DNA from: a virus
Strand: one strand, 5' to 3'
IMG/VR virus record: IMGVR_UViG_3300021182_000253
DNA: 64,000 bases
The notes under the pieces were generated by a model. It was given only the letters and a program-made list of their open reading frames with translations. It did no database searches and had not been told where the DNA came from. Position 1 is the first letter of the stretch; each line of letters starts with the position of its first letter. This document shows, in pieces, positions 58,137 to 64,000 of the stretch. Position numbers and translations under genes: made by a program.

Positions 58137-58599
58137 TTTTCGACCCCTTCACTTGTCGGAAGGGATTTGAATTCGGCAACCAACGAGGCTCATGAAGACG
58201 TTTCTACCCCTTCACTTGTCGGAAGGGATTTGAATTCAATGCGCGTAAGTTCATTGGAGATGGCGCTGGCTGTTTCTACCCCTTCACTTGTCGGAAGGGA
58301 TTTGAATCTACCGTGATGTCGGTGAAGCTATGATGCTCATCTACAGGTTTCTACCCCTTCACTTGTCGGAAGGGATTTGAATTTGATGACCATGCGTGTA
58401 GTGCGCAAGACTTGGACCTGTTTCTACCCCTTCACTTGTCGGAAGGGATTTGAATAGCACACTTGGCCGTGCAGCGATCACGAGATTCAGAGTTTCTACC
58501 CCTTCACTTGTCGGAAGGGATTTGAATCAACCATGGCGAATCCTCTCGACCAGGGCCTGTTCGGTTTCTACCCCTTCACTTGTCGGAAGGGATTTGAAT
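58137..58599 (-). CRISPR. CRISPR array: 7 repeats of 36 bp and 6 spacers
   Basis: Plus-strand repeat GTTTCTACCCCTTCACTTGTCGGAAGGGATTTGAAT at 58137 (2 mismatches), 58200, 58272, 58347, 58420, 58492 and 58564; spacers 27, 36, 39, 37, 36, 36 nt. On the minus strand the repeat ends in GAAAC, with a CCCTTC/GAAGGG hairpin. Confidence 0.98.
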
Positions 58600-58793
58600 C
58601 TACCCCTCAACTCCACTGTCTTTTCAATCACTTGAACTAGCCTTCGCGAGCGCCTATCTTATTCGCCAAAAGAACTACACATCCATACACCAAACTTCAA
58701 CCGCGATAGCTAGGATTTTCTCTGTGATTATAGTGAGTTGTGAGAATTGCGAGCGGTTGCAGCAGATATCGCACCACCCAACCGCTCAATAAA
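58600..58793 (-). promoter_or_regulatory. CRISPR leader
   Basis: Non-coding 194 bp between cas6 and the intact end of the array; contains GCGAGCG twice and a GAGCGGTTG/CAACCGCTC inverted repeat. Confidence 0.7.
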
Positions 58794-59321
58794 TCATCCA
58801 AAAACGTTCATCAAACCAAAACCAAAAGCCTTCCCGTGCCCGATGCCAGTATGTACCACACTAGCAAATCTTTCAAGATCCGTCACGTTCAAAAAACCCG
58901 TCACAAACACTGATGAGTGACAACATTTCATTCCCTTGCGATCACTCACCATCGTACCTTCGTCAATGACCACCTTGGACCGAATATCTGCCCCAATGCC
59001 AGACAACTTACCATCTACCCAAGCATGAAGCCGGTCCCGATAAACCGGAAACCTTCGTCTCTTGTTGGACTTGACCGCGTTGAGCCGAATCGCAAACTGT
59101 ACGTCACCAGAAAGACTCGATAACGCCTGATCGGTTGTCTTGGCGAATTGTATTTCAAAGTTATCAGCAAACTTAGGGTCAATTTCCAGATCTGTTTCCA
59201 CTACCAACCGAGCGCCAACCTTTTGGAACAACAACTTACCATCGCCAGGGAAGATTTCCTTAGCCATTTGATGATTCTTGTATCCGTCCTCGTACGCCCG
59301 ATGAATGATGTAGACTTTCAT
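58794..59321 (-). CDS. cas6: Cas6 crRNA endoribonuclease (Cas6e-like)
   Basis: GIGHGKAFGFGL G-rich loop, FAIRLNAVK, N-terminal His; adjacent to the leader. Confidence 0.88.
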   Translation of the reverse strand: MKVYIIHRAYEDGYKNHQMAKEIFPGDGKLLFQKVGARLVVETDLEIDPKFADNFEIQFAKTTDQALSSLSGDVQFAIRLNAVKSNKRRRFPVYRDRLHAWVDGKLSGIGADIRSKVVIDEGTMVSDRKGMKCCHSSVFVTGFLNVTDLERFASVVHTGIGHGKAFGFGLMNVFG

Positions 59322-60250
59322 TGTTGAGCCTTGTGGTATCCAGCAACTACCATATCAAGCGTTGTGTTCTGCAAGTCACAAACCCGATCAATTCGGACCA
59401 AACCACCATCAAAAATAGTGGCGCACCCATTGCCATTACCAAACAGACCCAACTCTTTGGTGAAAACTGGTATGCAAATCCGCCCATCTAACCGAATCAC
59501 ATCGCATACACCTTTAGTCACTAGCGTCCTGAGGTATGGGCCAAGACCTTGATAGCCAGCCTGATATAAACCATTATCCTTGTTCCCTTCTAAGAGCTTC
59601 GCCAATGGCTCACATCTACTTTCCCTAGCTTTAACCACCAGCTTATTAACCCTAGCATCCTTGCTTTTCAAGAGAGTGTTTGCAACCTTCTCAAACAGCA
59701 TCTCCTCGGCATTGCCACCGCAAATATCGCTAGCAACCACGACCAATTCTACATATAGCTCATCTGGTAAAAGGTATTTAAACCTAATCCAGCTTGGAAT
59801 AGCATATGACCAGCTATTATGCATACACTTTCTAATAGTCATCTTCTCGGTTAGATATACTACGTTCCCTTCCTTATCCTCTTTTGTAGCATTGTCTATA
59901 TGAACAAAAGAACGCTTGGCAATTGCGACGAAGTTACCATAACTATTTACACAGGTTGGACGGTACCTGCTGATTGGGCGCATACCACACAAAACCCTAA
60001 TCACATTCTCAATAAATGTAGCGTGAATCGTGTTCACTTGTTGCTCGACCCATTGAGATTGGATTCTATTATTACGAGATTTACCAATAAATATTCGGTC
60101 ATCCTTCGATCGGCTGGTCATCGTTCCATCTACATCCTTCCAACGCTTTGGAAAGATTCCCGCATTCTCAAACCTGAGCACTAATGCGTAATCGTATGGC
60201 GGCATGATTTCCCCTGCATGTAAACAAGGAATTAAGGTTGATGGAGGCAC
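59318..60250 (-). CDS. cas5: Putative Cas5-like RAMP
   Basis: LVLRFENAGIF beta1, HATFIENVIRVLCG helix, C-terminal GNGNGCATIFDGG loop; position in the operon. Confidence 0.6.
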   Translation of the reverse strand: MPPSTLIPCLHAGEIMPPYDYALVLRFENAGIFPKRWKDVDGTMTSRSKDDRIFIGKSRNNRIQSQWVEQQVNTIHATFIENVIRVLCGMRPISRYRPTCVNSYGNFVAIAKRSFVHIDNATKEDKEGNVVYLTEKMTIRKCMHNSWSYAIPSWIRFKYLLPDELYVELVVVASDICGGNAEEMLFEKVANTLLKSKDARVNKLVVKARESRCEPLAKLLEGNKDNGLYQAGYQGLGPYLRTLVTKGVCDVIRLDGRICIPVFTKELGLFGNGNGCATIFDGGLVRIDRVCDLQNTTLDMVVAGYHKAQQ

Positions 60251-60254
60251 TGAT

Positions 60255-61331
60255 CTACTTTTTCTTTGCAGCTGGCTTGGCAGGTTTCTCTTCCTTCACC
60301 GGCTTCTCGTAGCCAAACTTCTTCTTGTAACTATCGCATTTTTGTAATGCCTCTTCCTGCAGCTTCACTTTGGTGTAGGCCGTTGCAAAAGACTCGCCAT
60401 CAAAAGCGCTAACATCGAATTTTTTACCATCAAAAATCTCAACCCAACCATCTGGATTGCCGAATAAATCCTCCAGAGGGTCGCTGACGATCTTGATGCT
60501 CACCGACGCCGTCTTGGCGCTTCCAGTAACAGTTCGAACTACATTGAATAGCGCCAATCGCCGAAGAATGTTCGTGGTTAGGAATTTGACCTGTGCCTGC
60601 GTAAGCAAAATTCCACACTCAGGAATATCATACACATCACCATTCTTCTGGAAGAACGCAGGCTCCGGAATTTCTGAGCCCATCCGCCCTTTCAGAAGCT
60701 CGCGATATCTGGCGGCGTAGTCTAGGTCGAAACTCAACCGGTCATGGACATCGCTAAGCGAAATGAATGCCAACTCGCTCACATCAATAGCCCCGGAAAG
60801 TTCATAAGTAGTATCGCCTCGAACTTCTCGCTTGAAGAATGATGTTTCTGCCACGTCTTCCGTTTTGTTCTCGCCAGTTTTTGGTTGACTGTTCGAGTAT
60901 GTCTCTAGCATCGGGGCCGAACTAGTCACTGCCCTGGCATAGGATAATGCAAATGCAGACTTTCGCTTCCAACTTGAGCGATTGTCACGAGCAAACATAT
61001 ACCCGCGCTCCAGAAATGCCGGATGAGCCACCGTGCTGAGTAACAAACCATCATCATGCATGACATTCGGAAGATGAATGAACATACAATCCTCATACAT
61101 ACTGTGACGAATGCAGTCCGCTGATATGACACCTACTTTTTTTAGGTATTCCCTATCGTCACCGTCACGCCCCACCTCTGGATAGTAACGACCTTTGCCA
61201 AAGGACACGTTGTTGTGCCAAACGCTTTCTACATTGCGCTGTCGGTTCCAAATAAAGCGTTGGTCGTTGGAATCGAAGTTGACAATCCCAGAACCTTCAA
61301 TAACTGCCTTTATGAAAATTGATTTAATCAT
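60255..61331 (-). CDS. cas7: Putative Cas7-like backbone subunit
   Basis: 358 aa; GSGIVNFD, GVISADCIRHSM (ISxxxxR-type motif), ERGYMF; position in the operon. Confidence 0.65.
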   Translation of the reverse strand: MIKSIFIKAVIEGSGIVNFDSNDQRFIWNRQRNVESVWHNNVSFGKGRYYPEVGRDGDDREYLKKVGVISADCIRHSMYEDCMFIHLPNVMHDDGLLLSTVAHPAFLERGYMFARDNRSSWKRKSAFALSYARAVTSSAPMLETYSNSQPKTGENKTEDVAETSFFKREVRGDTTYELSGAIDVSELAFISLSDVHDRLSFDLDYAARYRELLKGRMGSEIPEPAFFQKNGDVYDIPECGILLTQAQVKFLTTNILRRLALFNVVRTVTGSAKTASVSIKIVSDPLEDLFGNPDGWVEIFDGKKFDVSAFDGESFATAYTKVKLQEEALQKCDSYKKKFGYEKPVKEEKPAKPAAKKK

Positions 61332-61353
61332 GTTATCCTATCTGTTACTTTCT

Positions 61354-63699
61354 TCACACTCGCGCTTTGACGAGACCAAGCGTTGCATCGTAGTACCACG
61401 TAAAGATTGGTAGTGGTGTTTCTCCACAACGAGCAAATGGCTTCAGGTTTTCAACCGTTAGCCTCTTTGGTTTCTTCTTACCAAAGAACATTTTCGTTAG
61501 TTCGGCATAGTCAAACTCACCTGTGGCCTCTAACGATTCCCATACCGTTTTCAATGTAGAAGATTCTATTCTTCTTCTATTATCAGCAATCAGATCCTTC
61601 AGTTCGATGTCTTGAACATTGAATGTGAAAGGGCACCAAACTCCAGTTGTTCTGTTTTTCACCACAATAAAACACGAACTCGAACTATTCCTCAGCGTCT
61701 TGGCAGTTACAACTTTACTCTTGCCACTCTGATGTTTGCGCGCCCTTGGGAAGAATGTCTTCAACTTATCAATTGATATCAGATACTTATTTTTAATAAA
61801 CGCAACTAGCTCATCGTTGTAAACCTTATTGAATTTGTTATACAATCGGTATAGGAAATCCAAATCAACTGGTTCGGATGCCTCGCCCTCTAACATACGG
61901 CTCCAAAGATCCGATAGATGACAGCTGTACCGTTCGCTGATGGCCGACCTCTCACCTTTATTACTCCTAAGTTTAAGCATGACGAGTTCACATACCCCGT
62001 CTTGTTCTCCCCATCGGTTGATTCTTCCGAAAGTTTGTATATCGGATTCTGGTGATTCTATGGTTTTGAATAGCCCTCTGAAGCTGATGTCAAGAGCGGC
62101 CTGTAGAATCGGCGCTGAAACCACAGTGCCATTCTTATCACCACCCTTCCCAAATGACTTAAGAATTCCATTCATTATCGCATGGCGATCTGGTTCTCCG
62201 TAGTTACTATGAACGATGCTAGTGTATCCGTTGCCGTAGCACCCTTGAACATTTCTGATCGATGAGTACATTGTCAAAGAACCACCAATTGGGTGTTCAA
62301 CAAAGTCTTCATCGAAAGATATCTTGTAAAGCTTCTTATGCTGTGCTAGATAATGTTCAGTTGGATTTGGAAGGATTTTTGTCCTTCTAGATTCACCTTC
62401 ACCTTCCCAGAATTTATGCATTATCGATGGGGTAGCTGAGAGTAGCAGTGTATGACTGTTCGCACATACCAGATTGCGCGCCCTCATATAGATGACAAAC
62501 GCCCCAAACAAAGCCTCATCATTAAGGAATTCATGAAACTCATCAAGTACCACATTGCGAGCTGTAACATCAAACAACCTCGCAATCGATTTTGAATCAA
62601 CCATTGGCGATAGAAGGTTGTCAATATTGGTTACCACAATGTCACAACCACAATCTGGTACACTTGGTGAGTTGGTAGCTTTACGCTCTCCTGCGTGGTA
62701 CAGTTCAATGGAGATTGTACCAAGTCCAAGGATATCAATCTCCTTCAATAGATTTAAATATACACCTTCAGCAACTGCATTTCTTGGGCATACCCAATAC
62801 ACCGGTCCGGACTTCTGGGCTCCCCACATCAAACCAACCAGCGACTTACCAAATCCCGCAGAACCTTTTACTAATGTCGTTCGTTCACAAGAGTTTACAA
62901 TGTCCTTTTGAATCTGAAATCGTTCCTGGTCATATGTGATTGGACATTGAAAATTTTCGTACCTTATATCCCTTCCCTTAGGGAAGTATGAATCAGCACT
63001 ATTTTCAATCAGGTCATCCAGCTCTTCTATCGATAGCTTGGATACAATGTGGTCGGAGAAGATAACGCAACTCCTGGCAATCATGCGATGAGCGTTGGTC
63101 AGGCTACTTTCATCACCATCATCGGTAAACAACCTTGGAATATTGCGAGGTTCGTCATCAACGTCATCCTCTAGGTACTTGGTGACATCAAATGGGAACT
63201 GAACAGACTTCAGAATACCATCAATTGTCTCTGATATCTTCGTCCATTCGTTTTCATCGAATAGTTTCAGCTCGCCAATGACGGTATGTGTGTTTCTAGG
63301 AGAGGTTTGATCTAAAATCTCGTACGAATTCAGCAACGTACCGTGATGCCAATAGATCGCCTGCGGCCCGATGTCTTTGAACCGAACACCACGACCCTTG
63401 GCCTTTGCATGAAATGTCGCATATACCCATGAAATCTCATTGTGCCTTGGATATTCATGCTGTCCAGAGTATTTAGGATAATGCTTCTGTTTATTCTCCT
63501 CGCTATAGTCACTAGCCAAGGAAATGTTGTTAAAATATACGGTACACTTCCCAATGTCATGAAGGAATGCCGACAAACCAATCACGTTGATTAGATCGTC
63601 ATCGGAAATCCCAAGGTGCTTGGCGCAATGCATAGCTAACATCATCGCACCAACGCAGTGTTTTGTAAGTTCTTGTCTGTGGTCTGAATTAGCTAGCAT
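61354..63699 (-). CDS. cas3: Cas3 HD nuclease-SF2 helicase
   Basis: HCV..., LHDIGK, HNEIS, WHHG (HD domain); AGFGKS, DEFH, SATP, QTFGRINR (helicase); start refined to MLANS. Confidence 0.93.
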   Translation of the reverse strand: MLANSDHRQELTKHCVGAMMLAMHCAKHLGISDDDLINVIGLSAFLHDIGKCTVYFNNISLASDYSEENKQKHYPKYSGQHEYPRHNEISWVYATFHAKAKGRGVRFKDIGPQAIYWHHGTLLNSYEILDQTSPRNTHTVIGELKLFDENEWTKISETIDGILKSVQFPFDVTKYLEDDVDDEPRNIPRLFTDDGDESSLTNAHRMIARSCVIFSDHIVSKLSIEELDDLIENSADSYFPKGRDIRYENFQCPITYDQERFQIQKDIVNSCERTTLVKGSAGFGKSLVGLMWGAQKSGPVYWVCPRNAVAEGVYLNLLKEIDILGLGTISIELYHAGERKATNSPSVPDCGCDIVVTNIDNLLSPMVDSKSIARLFDVTARNVVLDEFHEFLNDEALFGAFVIYMRARNLVCANSHTLLLSATPSIMHKFWEGEGESRRTKILPNPTEHYLAQHKKLYKISFDEDFVEHPIGGSLTMYSSIRNVQGCYGNGYTSIVHSNYGEPDRHAIMNGILKSFGKGGDKNGTVVSAPILQAALDISFRGLFKTIESPESDIQTFGRINRWGEQDGVCELVMLKLRSNKGERSAISERYSCHLSDLWSRMLEGEASEPVDLDFLYRLYNKFNKVYNDELVAFIKNKYLISIDKLKTFFPRARKHQSGKSKVVTAKTLRNSSSSCFIVVKNRTTGVWCPFTFNVQDIELKDLIADNRRRIESSTLKTVWESLEATGEFDYAELTKMFFGKKKPKRLTVENLKPFARCGETPLPIFTWYYDATLGLVKARV

Positions 63700-63700
63700 A

Positions 63701-63988
63701 CTAAAAATCCTCTCCCTCTTTGAACACCTCAACCGCGCCGTGGTCCATTACAACCACAGTGTTGACCATCCATGCCTCTCGTAGCTTCTGGCCTTCCAGC
63801 GGGTCAAGTTCATCCAAGATTCCCTGCAGTCCCTCGCGCCCGGCAAGCCCACGCGCGAACGGAACCTCCCCAAGATCACGGAACTGTTGCCAATCGTGGC
63901 CGGGCATCAGGATGTCTGCCACCGCGCCGCCATGAGGATCGTCAACGTTGAGCAGCACGATAACCACTTCGGATGGTCGCCGACCCAA
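63701..63988 (-). CDS. GC-rich small hypothetical protein upstream of cas3 (may be 5'-incomplete)
   Basis: 95 aa ORF whose stop abuts the cas3 RBS; the frame may extend off the window. Confidence 0.45.
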   Translation of the reverse strand: MGRRPSEVVIVLLNVDDPHGGAVADILMPGHDWQQFRDLGEVPFARGLAGREGLQGILDELDPLEGQKLREAWMVNTVVVMDHGAVEVFKEGEDF

Positions 63989-64000
63989 CTCACGGACCCT

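Noticed and set aside
58173-58563. Strand bias of spacers implying RNA targeting
   Set aside because: Short spacers often have an open frame by chance; only one has a recognisable peptide, and Cas3 indicates DNA targeting.
546-63935. Numerous plus-strand ORFs in the supplied track (e.g. 546-800, 6767-7279, 48089-48571, 55601-56260, 60457-60720)
   Set aside because: They lie antisense to well-supported minus-strand genes and have no recognisable motifs; treated as shadow ORFs.
63701-63988. Upstream ORF as the missing cas8
   Set aside because: Only 95 aa visible, different composition (GC-rich) and no Cas8-like features; cannot be fully excluded without sequence beyond the window.
1-64000. 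Alternative genetic code (stop-codon reassignment), as in some huge phages
   Set aside because: Known genes are full length under code 11, and TAG, TGA and TAA all terminate genes; the element A UGA anticodon reads UCA, not a stop.

Overview
This window looks like part of a huge/jumbo bacteriophage genome. It is gene-dense, almost entirely minus-strand, and shows no sign of a non-standard genetic code. It has sigma70-like promoters, nine free-standing HNH/EndoVII-type nucleases and many hypothetical genes. Recognisable modules: (1) translation and chaperone genes (thioredoxin, peptide deformylase, IF3, bS21, a kinase-bL12 fusion, ClpP, Hsp20, DksA/TraR); (2) DNA and nucleotide metabolism (UDG, two adenine/cytosine MTases, deoxyribosyltransferase, dUTPase, TopA, RecD/Dda-like helicase, LigA, nucleoside hydrolase, NADAR, two HU-like proteins); (3) RNA end repair (RtcB, Thg1-like, Tpt1/KptA, nucleotidyltransferase). 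Four things stand out. (a) An ORF-free 38.85-39.6 kb cluster of six tRNA-mimic RNAs, five sharing an AGC-N7-CUCG...GC(U/A)UACACG module in two circularly permuted arrangements. (b) A putative vWA / E2-like / JAB / ubiquitin-like operon with no E1. (c) A compact cas3-cas7-cas5-cas6 type I-like CRISPR locus with a 7-repeat array and no cas8, cas11, cas1, cas2 or cas4 in the window. (d) One spacer translates to a motif I recall from the vWA protein family, from the segment that appears deleted in this genome's own frameshifted vWA gene. All family calls come from motif recognition by eye; no searches were run.
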